From contig CATOCA020000017.1 of assembly GCA_951406725.2 (NCBI GenBank), positions 1 to 64,000 on the forward strand: a stretch of DNA of 64,000 nucleotides, given 5' to 3'. Positions 27,272 to 38,689 of this stretch are shown here, in pieces. The notes beneath the pieces are model-generated. The model saw nothing but the letters and a program-made list of their open reading frames with translations. It did no database searches and was not told where the DNA came from. Source of the stretch: Octopus vulgaris. Lineage: Eukaryota. Both the position numbers and the translations under genes were made by a program. Within the stretch, counting starts at the first letter, position 1. Each line of letters opens with the position of its first letter.

Positions 27272-29155
27272 ATGGCACTGAAACGAGCTGCTGGCTCTTC
27301 CCTCCTTCTTGCAACACCCCCTACAAGAACAAAAAAAATAACGTCACGGGTTACGTACAACCCATTTCAGGCCGTAAAAGGCAACAAAGCTCCTCCTTCC
27401 GAACCGGAGAGCACGCGCTCGGTTCAAAAGGAGAATGCATGCCAGGACGTCGCGTTCGACGTCACTCTTGATTTTCCCCCTCTGCCTTCAACAAGTGATG
27501 CTGTACCGAAGGGGGAGGTAAAGAAAATTATAACAGACACAAACACAGACAAGAACCAACAAAAAACTGTAAAAGCTTCTAACGATTTTGCTTCTGCTGC
27601 GAAGCAAATTTCGGAAGATGTAGAAATTACAATGGAGGACATAAAAATGGCACAAGATTTGTTGAGAAAGGAGGGGAACAGTGTTTTCCTCAACACACCT
27701 CAACAACTCACACAAGAAACAAGCAAAAGAACAATCTTTTATAAAGTCTTCGAAAAGAAAACTAAAAGATTGTTTAACGCCACACCACAACAGTTGGAGA
27801 TGGCTCTGAAGCCCATTTGGGGCCAGAAGAGCTATGTGACAAGAGGGAAGCGATTTGGAACCGTGGAGGTTCGCTTCCCAACAGAGGAGCTTGCAAGGGC
27901 GAACGCCATTTCGCCCTTGCAAAATGAACATTTGTTCCTCGTCCCGACGTACCTCGGGCGTAAGGTACAAAAAATAACTATAAGCACAATACCCCCCGAA
28001 CAGAAAATCTCATGGCTAGTGGCGGCTGTCCTCTATGGCATAGAGGACACTGCCACTATTCTGAATGTTCGGAGGGTACGAGAAAAGAACTGGTCAGGCA
28101 TGGGTATTCAACTGCTGGTACAGATCCAGCAGGAAAACATCAATGCCATACCTGACTTTGTCATCTTGCTGGATGGGACCAGGCTAAATGTTATTGTAGA
28201 GGGGCGAAAGCCAAAATGTTTCCTCTGCAGTAGCGAAAGCCACCTAAAAAGGGACTGCCCCATTCAAAAAAAGAGAATGGAGGAGTATAGCAAGAGGCAG
28301 CAGCAACAACAACAACAACAACAACAACAACACAAGCAACAACAACAGAAACAACAAAAACAGCAAGAAAAACCAAAGGCTGCCACACCACCAACACCAT
28401 CACCAACACCAGCACCAAGACGAACAACACCACCTCCAACAACAACAACCACCACCAAACCAACACCGACAACCACCACCAAACCAACACCGACACCAGT
28501 ACCTCGAAGGTCGACAGCAGCGACATCAACAGTAACAGGAGCAGCGGCACCACCGATACCGGTGGAACCAGAAACTTTTCGTCCTGCTACTGAAGCAGAC
28601 CCCTCAACCATTCCTTTGCCGGATGAAGAGATCTCGGATTGTGCGAGCTCGGATTCCAACAAAGGAGAATGGAATATAGTACCTCCAAAAAAGAAAAGGA
28701 GGAAAAAACAAAAAGTTTTACAGGGGAAGCACGAACAAATAGTACTTCCCAACATCAACAACAACATCAACAACAACACACACTCACAACAACAAACAAC
28801 AACAACAACACTTTCGACACCACTACTGCCACTACCACAGACACAAACAAACACAGACACAATTACAGACACGATTACAGCAGTGAATACAAGAAACCAG
28901 GAACTGGTTGAGTATTTGAAAAACAAAACAAGCACAAACATTACAGATTTCATAATACCTACACACAACACACCACCAGCACACATTCTCACAATAAAAA
29001 TAAACAAAACAGTGTACAATGAAATAAAACAAATATTCCCTAACGATGTGGGATCGTTAGGGAAAAGTTTCTCTCAGAAACTTTACAAAAATATTATTGA
29101 AGCACCCGTGCAAAAGCACAAGGGAGCCACCCCCACCACCAACAACAGTAAGTAG
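27272..29155 (+). CDS. ORF1 (type A), intact, 627 aa
   Basis: Single open frame from ATG 27272 to TAG 29155; possible RRM-like segment, CCHC knuckle, polyQ, basic NLS-like motif. Confidence 0.9.
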   Translation: MALKRAAGSSLLLATPPTRTKKITSRVTYNPFQAVKGNKAPPSEPESTRSVQKENACQDVAFDVTLDFPPLPSTSDAVPKGEVKKIITDTNTDKNQQKTVKASNDFASAAKQISEDVEITMEDIKMAQDLLRKEGNSVFLNTPQQLTQETSKRTIFYKVFEKKTKRLFNATPQQLEMALKPIWGQKSYVTRGKRFGTVEVRFPTEELARANAISPLQNEHLFLVPTYLGRKVQKITISTIPPEQKISWLVAAVLYGIEDTATILNVRRVREKNWSGMGIQLLVQIQQENINAIPDFVILLDGTRLNVIVEGRKPKCFLCSSESHLKRDCPIQKKRMEEYSKRQQQQQQQQQQQHKQQQQKQQKQQEKPKAATPPTPSPTPAPRRTTPPPTTTTTTKPTPTTTTKPTPTPVPRRSTAATSTVTGAAAPPIPVEPETFRPATEADPSTIPLPDEEISDCASSDSNKGEWNIVPPKKKRRKKQKVLQGKHEQIVLPNINNNINNNTHSQQQTTTTTLSTPLLPLPQTQTNTDTITDTITAVNTRNQELVEYLKNKTSTNITDFIIPTHNTPPAHILTIKINKTVYNEIKQIFPNDVGSLGKSFSQKLYKNIIEAPVQKHKGATPTTNNSK

Positions 29156-29193
29156 AGCCTTTTTTCTCCTTTTTTTTCCCTAATTCTTGAGAC

Positions 29194-32100
29194 ATGGCAA
29201 ATCTTAGAATCGGTTGCTTGAATGTGAGAGGCCTCGGGTCACCTTGGAAACAGGGTCACCTGTTAAACGACCTGAGGTTTCATGATGTGGATATAGCAGC
29301 CATCAGTGAAACCAGGCTCTCCGACCCGCAGGAACTCGCAGCCCTTTTCGGCGGATACGAGATATTTCTATCTCCGTGTCGGCCGGGAGCGGGCGGTGTT
29401 GTTTCGGAAGGGCCTGGACCTGAAAATAAGGACAGTCTTCTTGGATCCGGAAGGTAAGTTGGTGGTCCTCGACGTCGACGGTAGTGACGGCGGTGCTTTC
29501 AGACTGCTGGCTGCCTACGCTCCGACAGGAGCAGGGCAGTCGGATTATTTCAAACGTCTGGAAGTTTTCCTGGGAACGTCACGCACTCTAGTACTAGTTG
29601 GGGATTGGAACGCTGTCTTAGACGAACGTTTCGATCGGGTGGGCAGGGGAGCGTCTGTTAGGAGAGGGGGAGGGTGCAAGAGCCTCGCCAACCTACTCGG
29701 CCGCTTTCAGCTGTCCGACAGGTTTCGACTAGACAACCCGAATGTGCCAATGTGGACTTGGACAAACCGCATCGGGTCGTCTAGATCGTACTTAGATAGA
29801 GTGTTTTGTAGGCCAGCGGATAAGGACAGCGTAGGGTGTCCACAATTCCACCTAGTCGAATATACGGACCACAAATTAGTGATCTGTACGGTCGACTTAG
29901 ATAGGCTACATAGACAGGGACCCGGCTACTGGAAGCTGAACGCGTCGTTAACGGCGTGCAAAGCTTACAGAGACCGGATTAGTTTACTAGTTAAGCGGGC
30001 GCTCACGGGGGCAATCATCAACAACAACTGGTGGTTTGCCCTCAAGAGAGCAATTAGAGTAGAGTCGATTAGGTATAGTAAGACTCTAGCTATTGAACGT
30101 AGGAAGAGAGAGCGGGATTTAGTTAAGAAACTAGACGAGGCTCTTGACACTGGCATCGCGACCGACGTGTTGGCGGCAAGGTTGGCCCTCGACCAACACT
30201 TCGACGCCAAACACGAAGGCTGCGTTGTCAGAGCTAAGGCACGTTCGCTAAGCGGGGAGGGGACTAGAGCCGCTCGATGGGCCCGCGTGGCGGAGGCGAA
30301 GCGAGGCAACAGAGCAACCATTCGGTCTTTGGTGGACCAGAACGGGCGCGAGGTTACCCAACCGAAGCAGATGTGTACGGTGCTTCAGCGGCACTTTGCT
30401 CAACTGTTTGGGACGAGCGGTGGAACGGACACCAACGGTACAGACTTCGGTGTGTACCTGGACGGACTGCCGCAACTCTCGGACAGCGAGGCAGAGTGCT
30501 GCGAAGGACCGATATCTGCCTGGGAAGTACAGGAAGCGATGAAGAGTTGCACGAGAGGTAGATCGCCGGGTTTGGATGGTCTGCCCTACGAGCTTTACTT
30601 TTCAATGCCAGACTTGTTTGCGGACCTGTTGGCAAACGTCTACTGCAACTGGCAGCAAAACGGGAGAATTCCTGCTTTTGTCTGTCGAGGGGTGGTGGCT
30701 TTGCTAAAGAAGGACCCAAACAAGGGGGACGTTATAGGGAATTTCCGGCCCATCACTCTGCTCAATGCAGAGTTGAAGATTTTGGCCAAGGTGCTAGCCA
30801 AGAGATTGGCGCTTGTCGTGGACAAGCTGGTCGGCGGGACGCAGACATGCGCCGTGCCGACCAGGTCGATACACGACAACCTCCATCTCATGCGCTACAT
30901 CATAGAGAGGGTGGGTAACGACGCTGGCGCGGGTGGGGCTTTGATCAACTTGGATCAGAGTAAAGCCTTCGATAGGGTCGACCATCGGTACCTGGCAGCT
31001 GTCCTCAAGGCAGCCGGCTTCGGTCCAGTCTTCCGCGGGTGGATCGCTGCTTTATACAGCAACATCTGCTCGGTGATACGGGTGAACGGTCACCTTTCGG
31101 AACCGTTCGACATCTCGCGTTCGGTCCGCCAAGGATGCCCTCTCTCCTCCCTCTTGTACATTTTGACTCTCGAGCCATTACTGCGCAAGTTGGAGGCTTT
31201 GAGGGGCATCCCGCGCGATCTAGGAGGCGGAAACAGCGTGTCTGCTTATGCCGACGACGTCACCGTGGTGGTGTCGAGCCACAGGCACATTGGCCTGATT
31301 GGCGAGACGCTAAACCAGTACGAAGCGGTGACAGGGGCAAAGATTAACGCGGAAAAGTCTGTGGGCTTGCAACTGGGCACCTGGAGAGGCAAGCCCATGC
31401 CGTCCAACAGCGTCGTAGGGCGCTGGACAGACGGACCCGTTAAACTGCTCGGGGTCTGGTTCGGTCCGGACCTCCAGGTAGATAAGAACTGGGAAGAGGT
31501 GACGAGCAGGGTGGCACGTCTCACCCAGAAATGGGCCGAGAGGAAGCTGTCCCTGAAAGGTCGAGCGGAGGTGGCGAATGCGTACATCGCATCCGTCATC
31601 TATTACCGCTTGACCGTCGTCCCTTGTCCCGACCGCTGGTTGGCCAAGCTGGTACGCCTGCTCTTCGACTTTTTGTGGAAGGGTCAGGTGCCACTGGTCA
31701 GGCGATCCATCTGCTGTCAACGACCGCTGAACGGAGGCCTTGGAATGCCGTGGTTGCTGTTGCGCAGACATGCGCTCAGGCTGCGGCATCTCAAGCGCTT
31801 CCTAGACGGTGAACAGGTGTGGTCGTCTTTTGTCAGACGCGATTTTCCGCAGCTCGTCTCTTTGACGGAGCTGCAGACCTGGATCAAACGTAGACCGAGA
31901 AAGGGCGCTTGGCACCTCGAGTGCCGTCAAGCCCTCTCCGCCCTCCACCAGGCGGGCAATGCGGTCGGTTACAGCTCCACTCTAGCGTTCTATAGAGGGT
32001 TAGTGGAGGAAAAATGCGACGACGTTCTCGGGGAAACTCTAGGCGTTGAAGATGACGAACTGTGCGGTCTGTTCGGGAGGACTTTCGGGCCGGGGCCGAT

Positions 32101-32614
32101 GGATAATTTCCAGAGGTCTCTCGCTTGGCAGTGCTACCGAGAGGCTCTGCCTGTTCGAGATAAACTCTACCGGCACGGAAGTGCCGTCAGCCGGGCCTGC
32201 CCGAGGTGTTGCCAGGACGATGAAACCGTTCTGCACGCACTCGTTCAGTGCCCGAGTATTGCTGAAATATGGGTTTATGTCGAACAGCTACTGTCACGTG
32301 TAGGACGGATCCGACTATCGGCCGAATCCATAGTGAAGATTGCCCCGCCGACCTCCTTTAACAAGGAGGGCGAGGCCGTTTTCTTGTGCCTAGTGGCTGT
32401 GGCGAAAGAGGTCGTGTGGTGGACTCGTTTGAAAGGGCTAAAGACAGACACTTTCCTCTTTGGTCAAGGCCTCATCAACTTTTTCAAGTTTCACCTGAAA
32501 AGGAAGATGAGGTTAGAGAGGAAAGTGCTGTCCGATAGCAAGTTTTATGAAAGGTGGGTGAATTGTGCGAGACTGGCCTGTATAAATGGACCAGTTCTCA
32601 GGTTTCGCCTGTGA
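29194..32614 (+). pseudogene. ORF2 with a 14-nt deletion in the endonuclease domain (about 29398)
   Basis: GCGGTG-GTGGTACT-GCGGTG collapsed to one GCGGTG; length 3421 versus 3435. Confidence 0.88.
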
Positions 32615-33044
32615 TTTCAAAGAAAAAGGTAATGTAAAAGGAGAAGAAAGGGGACTCTCTACACCCCCTTTTTTTGACCAGGCTCCCGTTGGCTTTTGTA
32701 GGGTTTTTTCCACCAGGAACCTTTCGAGACGTCTCCCCCTTTTGGGAGTTTTTCATTGTTGAATTTTATAAGTTGTTATAAAGATTTTTACTCGATGTTT
32801 TTAAAAAAACGGCAAAACCCTTTGTAACCTTTCGTCCTGTCTTGTCCCTTTATGTAATCATGCGTGTCAGCCCTTGTGGCCAATAAAAAAGAATTGATTA
32901 TTATTATTATTATTTAATATTTTGTAGCCAAACCGACCGGCTTCTTGCGGAGCTCGTCGGTTGGGCGAAAATTTTGCCCCTTCGGGGTGAAATTGCTGTT
33001 TTTTATTTTGAAATTGACATTTTTTGCACACACATATTTACAAA

Positions 33045-34920
33045 ATGGCTTTGAAACGAGCTGCTGGCTCTTCCTCCTTCTTGCAACACCCCCCCCACAA
33101 GAACAAAAAAAAATAACGTCACGGGTTACGAACAACCCATTTCAGGCCGTAAAAGGCAACAAGAGCTCCTCCTTCCGAACCGGAGAGCACGCGCTCGGTT
33201 CAAAAGGAGAATGCAAGCCAGGACGTCGCGTTCGACGTAATTCTCGATTTTCCCCCTCTGCCTTCACCCAATGCTTTGGTACGGAAGGAGGCGGAAGAAA
33301 AAACAATTACAAAAATCATCACAAACATTGACACGGAGAAAAAAGAAAAAACTTCCAACAATTTTGCTTCTGCTGCGAAGCAAATTTCGGAGGAAGTTAA
33401 GATAACTCTAGAAGATGTGAAAAGAGCGAAGGAGTTGTTGAGGAAGGATGGCAATGGCATCTTCCTCAATACTCCACAAGAGGTGATTGAAAGCACCAAC
33501 AAGAAAACAATAATTTACAAAGTTTTCGACAGAAAACTAAAAAGAATAACAAATGCCACACCCCAACAGTTGGAGATAGCTCTAAAGCCCACGTAAGAGC
33601 TACGTAACCAAGGGGAAGCGTTTTGGAACCGTGGAGGTTCGCTTCCCAACAGAGGAGCTTGCAAGGGCGAACGCCATTTCGCCCTTGCAAACTGAGAATT
33701 TGTTACTAGTTCCGACCCACCTCGGGCGAAGAGTAACAAAAATAAAAATCGACCTCGCCCCCCTGAGCTAGATATGTCATGGCTGGTGGCAGCTGTCCTC
33801 TATGATATAGAGGACACTACCACCATTCTAGATGTCAGGAGAGTGAGGGCGAAAAACTGGTTGGGGATGGGAGTGCTGCTTCTTGCGCAAATTCAGCAAG
33901 AGAATATAAGTAAAGTCCCTGATTTCGTAAGTTTGCCGGACGGCACCAGGCTAAACGTTGCTGTGGAGGGGCGAAAGCCAAAATGTTTCTCTGCAGCAGC
34001 GAAAGCCACTTAAAGAGGGACTGTCCCATTCACAAAAAGAGGATGGAGGCTTTCAGCAAGAGGCAGCAGCAACAACAACAACAACAACAACAACAACACA
34101 AGCAACAACAACAGAAACAACAAAAACAGCAAGAAACACCAAAGGCTGCCACACCACCAACACCATCACCAACACCAGCACCAAGACGAACAACACCACC
34201 TCCAACAACAACAACCACCACCAAACCAACACCGACAACCACCACCAAACCAACACCGACACCAGTACCTCGAAGGTCGACAGCAGCGACATCAACAGTA
34301 GCAGGAGCAGCGGCACCACCGATACCGGTGGAACCAAAACTTTTCGTCCTGCTACTGAAGCAGACCCCTCAACCATTCCTTTGCCGGATGAAGAGATCTC
34401 GGATTGTGCGAGCTCTGATTCCAACAAAGGAGAATGGAATATAGTGCCTCCAAAAAAGAAAAGGAGGAAAAAACAAAAAGATTTACAGGGGAAACACGAA
34501 CAAATAGTACTTCCCAACATCAACAACAACATCAACAACAACACACACTCACAACAACAAACAACAACAACAACACTTTCGACACCACTACTGCCACTAC
34601 CACAGACACAAACAAACACAGACACAATTACAGACACGATTACAGCAGTGAATACAAGAAACCAGGAACTGGTTGAGTATTTGAAAAACAAAACAAGCAC
34701 AAACATTACAGATTTCATAATACCTACACACAACACACCACCAGCACACATTCTCACAATAAAAATAAACAAAACAGTTTACAACGAAATAAAACAAATA
34801 TTCCCTAACGATGTGGGATCGTTAGGGAAAAGTTTCTCTCAGAAACTTTACAAAAATATTATTGAAGCACCCGTGCAAAAGCACAAGGGAGCCACCCCCA
34901 CCACCAACAACAGTAAGTAG
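33045..34920 (+). pseudogene. ORF1, A/B/A mosaic, disrupted
   Basis: Net 8-nt loss with a stop at about 33592-33596, plus other frameshifts. Confidence 0.8.
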
Positions 34921-34961
34921 AGCCTTTTTTCTCCTTTTTTTTTTCCCCTAACTTTTGAAAC

Positions 34962-37900
34962 ATGGCAAATCTTAGAATCGGTTGCTTGAATGTGAGAGGC
35001 CTCGGGTCACCTTGGAAACAGGGTCACCTGTTAAACGACCTGAGGTTTCATGATGTGGATGTAGCAGCCATCAGTGAAACCAGGCTCTCCGACCCGCAGG
35101 AACTCGCAGCCCTTTTCGGCGGATACGAGATATTTCTATCTCCGTGTCGGCCGGGAGCGGGCGGTGGTGGTACTGCGGTGTTGTTTCGGAAGGGCCTGGA
35201 CCTGAAAATAAGGACAGTCTTCTTGGATCCGGAAGGTAAGTTGGTGGTCCTCGACGTCGACGGTAGTGACGGCGGTGCTTTCAGACTGCTGGCTGCCTAC
35301 GCTCCGACAGGAGCAGGGCAGTCGGATTATTTCAAACGTCTGGAAGTTTTCCTGGGAACGTCACGCACTCTAGTACTAGTTGGGGATTGGAACGCTGTCT
35401 TAGACGAACGTTTCGATCGGGTGGGCAGGGGAGCGTCTGATAGGAGAGGGGGAGGGTGCAAGAGCCTCGCCAACCTACTCGGCCGCTTTCAGCTGTCCGA
35501 CAGGTTTCGACTAGACAACCCGAATGTGCCAATGTGGACTTGGACAAACCGCATCGGGTCGTCTAGATCGTACTTAGATAGAGTGTTTTGTAGGCCAGCG
35601 GATAAGGACAGCGTAGGGTGTCCACAATTCCACCTAGTCGAATATACGGACCACAAATTAGTGATCTGTACGGTCGACTTAGATAGGCTACATAGACAGG
35701 AACCCGGCTACTGGAAGCTGAACGCGTCGTTAACGGCGTGCAAAGCTTACAGAGACCGGATTAGTTTACTAGTTAAGCGGGCGCTCACGGGGGCAATCAT
35801 CAACAACAACTGGTGGTTTGCCCTCAAGAGAGCAATTAGAGTAGAGTCGATTAGGTATAGTAAGACTCTAGCTATTGAACGTAGGAAGAGAGAGCGGGAT
35901 TTAGTTAAGAAACTAGACGAGGCTCTTGACACTGGCATCGCGACCGACGTGTTGGCGGCAAGGTTGGCCCTCGACCAACACTTCGACGCCAAACACGAAG
36001 GCTGCGTTGTCAGAGCTAAGGCACGTTCGCTAAGCGGGGAGGGGACTAGAGCCGCTCGATGGGCCCGCGTGGCGGAGGCGAAGCGAGGCAACAGAGCAAC
36101 CATTCGGTCTTTGGTGGACCAGAACGGGCGCGAGGTTACCCAACCGAAGCAGATGTGTACGGTGCTTCAGCGGCACTTTGCTCAACTGTTTGGGACGAGC
36201 GGTGGAACGGACACCAACGGTACAGACTTCGGTGTGTACCTGGACGGACTGCCGCAACTCTCGGACAGCGAGGCAGAGTGCTGCGAAGGACCGATATCTG
36301 CCTGGGAAGTACAGGAAGCGATGAAGAGTTGCACGAGAGGTAGATCGCCGGGTTTGGATGGTCTGCCCTACGAGCTTTACTTTTCAATGCCAGACTTGTT
36401 TGCGGACCTGTTGGCAAACGTCTACTGCAACTGGCAGCAAAACGGGAGAATTCCTGCTTTTGTCTGTCGAGGGGTGGTGGCTTTGCTAAAGAAGGACCCA
36501 AACAAGGGGGACGTTATAGGGAATTTCCGGCCCATCACTCTGCTCAATGCAGAGTTGAAGATTTTGGCCAAGGTGCTAGCCAAGAGATTGGCGCTTGTCG
36601 TGGACAAGCTGGTCGGCGAGACGCAGACATGCGCCGTGCCGACCAGGTCGATACACGACAACCTCCATCTCATGCGCTACATCATAGAGAGGGTGGGTAA
36701 CGACGCTGGCGCGGGTGGGGCTTTGATCAACTTGGATCAGAGTAAAGCCTTCGATAGGGTCGACCATCGGTACCTGGCAGCTGTCCTCAGGGCAGCCGGC
36801 TTCGGTCCAGTCTTCCGCGGGTGGATCGCTGCTTTATACAGCAACATCTGCTCAGTGATACGGGTGAACGGTCACCTTTCGGAACCGTTCGACATCTCGC
36901 GTTCGGTCCGCCAAGGATGCCCTCTCTCCTCCCTCTTGTACATTTTGACTCTCGAGCCATTACTGCGCAAGTTGGAGGCTTTGAGGGGTATCCCGCGCGA
37001 TCTAGGAGGCGGAAACAGCGTGTCTGCTTATGCCGACGACGTCACCGTGGTGGTGTCGAGCCACAGGCACATTGGCCTGATTGGCGAGACGCTAAACCAG
37101 TACGAAGCGGTGACAGGGGCAAAGATTAACGCGGAAAAGTCTGTGGGCTTGCAACTGGGCACCTGGAGAGGCAAGCCCATGCCGTCCAACAGCGTCGTAG
37201 GGTGCTGGACAGACGGACCCGTTAAACTGCTCGGGGTCTGGTTCGGTCCGGACCTCCAGGTGGATAAGAACTGGGAAGAGGTGACGAGCAGGGAGGCACG
37301 TCTCACCCAGAAATGGGCCGAGAGGAAGCTGTCCCTGAAAGGTCGAGCGGAGGTGGCGAATGCGTACATCGCATCCGTCATCTATTACCGCTTGACCGTC
37401 GTCCCTTGTCCCGACCGCTGGTTGGCCAAGCTGGTACGCCTGCTCTTCGACTTTTTGTGGAAGGGTCAGGTGCCACTGGTCAGGCGATCCATCTGCTGTC
37501 AACGACCGCTGAACGGAGGCCTTGGAATGCCGTGGTTACTGTTGCGCAGACATGCGCTCAGGCTGCGGCATCTCAAGCGCTTCCTAGACGGTGAACAGGT
37601 GTGGTCGTCTTTTGTCAGACGCGATTTTCCGCAGCTCGTCTCTTTGACGGAACTGCAGACCTGGATCAAACGTAGACCGAGAAAGGGCGCTTGGCACCTC
37701 GAGTGCCGTCAAGCCCTCTCCGCCCTCCGCCAGGCGGGCAATGCGGTCGGTTACAGCTCCACTCTAGCGTTCTATAGAGGGTTAGTGGAGGAAAAATGCG
37801 ACGACGTTCTCGGGGAAACTCTAGGCGTTGAAGATGACGAACTGTGCGGTCTGTTCGGGAGGACTTTCGGGCCGGGGCCGATGGATAATTTCCAGAGGTC

Positions 37901-38396
37901 TCTCGCTTGGCAGTGCTACCGAGGGGCTCTGCCTGTTCGAGATAAACTCTACCGGCACGGAAGTGCCGTCAGCCGGGCCTGCCCGAGGTGTTGCCAGGAC
38001 GACGAAACCGTTCTGCACGCACTCGTCCAGTGCCCGAGTATTGCTGAAATATGGGTTTATGTCGAACAGCTACTGTCACGTGTAGGACGGATCCGACTAT
38101 CGGCCGAATCCATAGTGAAGATTGCCCCGCCGACCTCCTTTAACAAGGAGGGCGAGGCCGTTTTCTTGTGCCTAGTGGCTGTGGCGAAAGAGGTGGTGTG
38201 GTGGACTCGTTTGAAAGGGCTAAAGACAGACACTTTCCTCTTTGGTCAAGGCCTCATCAACTTTTTCAAGTTTCACTTGAAAAGGAAGATGAGGTTAGAG
38301 AGGAAAGTGCTGTCCGATAGCAAGTTTTATGAAAGGTGGGTGAATTGTGCGAGACTGGCTTGTATAAATGGACCAGTTCTCAGGTTTCGCCTGTGA
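34962..38396 (+). CDS. ORF2, intact, 1144 aa (most private substitutions of the six)
   Basis: Same motifs as copy 1. Confidence 0.95.
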   Translation: MANLRIGCLNVRGLGSPWKQGHLLNDLRFHDVDVAAISETRLSDPQELAALFGGYEIFLSPCRPGAGGGGTAVLFRKGLDLKIRTVFLDPEGKLVVLDVDGSDGGAFRLLAAYAPTGAGQSDYFKRLEVFLGTSRTLVLVGDWNAVLDERFDRVGRGASDRRGGGCKSLANLLGRFQLSDRFRLDNPNVPMWTWTNRIGSSRSYLDRVFCRPADKDSVGCPQFHLVEYTDHKLVICTVDLDRLHRQEPGYWKLNASLTACKAYRDRISLLVKRALTGAIINNNWWFALKRAIRVESIRYSKTLAIERRKRERDLVKKLDEALDTGIATDVLAARLALDQHFDAKHEGCVVRAKARSLSGEGTRAARWARVAEAKRGNRATIRSLVDQNGREVTQPKQMCTVLQRHFAQLFGTSGGTDTNGTDFGVYLDGLPQLSDSEAECCEGPISAWEVQEAMKSCTRGRSPGLDGLPYELYFSMPDLFADLLANVYCNWQQNGRIPAFVCRGVVALLKKDPNKGDVIGNFRPITLLNAELKILAKVLAKRLALVVDKLVGETQTCAVPTRSIHDNLHLMRYIIERVGNDAGAGGALINLDQSKAFDRVDHRYLAAVLRAAGFGPVFRGWIAALYSNICSVIRVNGHLSEPFDISRSVRQGCPLSSLLYILTLEPLLRKLEALRGIPRDLGGGNSVSAYADDVTVVVSSHRHIGLIGETLNQYEAVTGAKINAEKSVGLQLGTWRGKPMPSNSVVGCWTDGPVKLLGVWFGPDLQVDKNWEEVTSREARLTQKWAERKLSLKGRAEVANAYIASVIYYRLTVVPCPDRWLAKLVRLLFDFLWKGQVPLVRRSICCQRPLNGGLGMPWLLLRRHALRLRHLKRFLDGEQVWSSFVRRDFPQLVSLTELQTWIKRRPRKGAWHLECRQALSALRQAGNAVGYSSTLAFYRGLVEEKCDDVLGETLGVEDDELCGLFGRTFGPGPMDNFQRSLAWQCYRGALPVRDKLYRHGSAVSRACPRCCQDDETVLHALVQCPSIAEIWVYVEQLLSRVGRIRLSAESIVKIAPPTSFNKEGEAVFLCLVAVAKEVVWWTRLKGLKTDTFLFGQGLINFFKFHLKRKMRLERKVLSDSKFYERWVNCARLACINGPVLRFRL

Positions 38397-38689
38397 TTTC
38401 AAAAAGGTAATACAAAAGGAGAAGAAAGGGGACTCTATACACCCCCTTTTTTTTGACCAGGCTCCCGTTGGCTTTTGTAGGGTTTTTTCCACCAGGAACC
38501 TTTCGAAACGTCTCCCCCTTTTGGGAGTTTTTCATTGTTGAATTTTATAAGTTGTTATAAAGATTTTTACTCGATGTTTTTAAAAAACGGCAAAACCCTT
38601 TGTAACCTTTCGTCCTGTCTTGTCCCTTTATGTAATCATGCGTGTCAGCCCTTGTGGCCAATAAAAAAGAATTGATTATTATTATTATT

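Larger units (their letters stand above)
27053..32914 (+). mobile_element. Tx1-like LINE tandem copy 5 (ORF1 type A, mixed A/B 5'UTR)
   Basis: Same termini. Confidence 0.93.
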
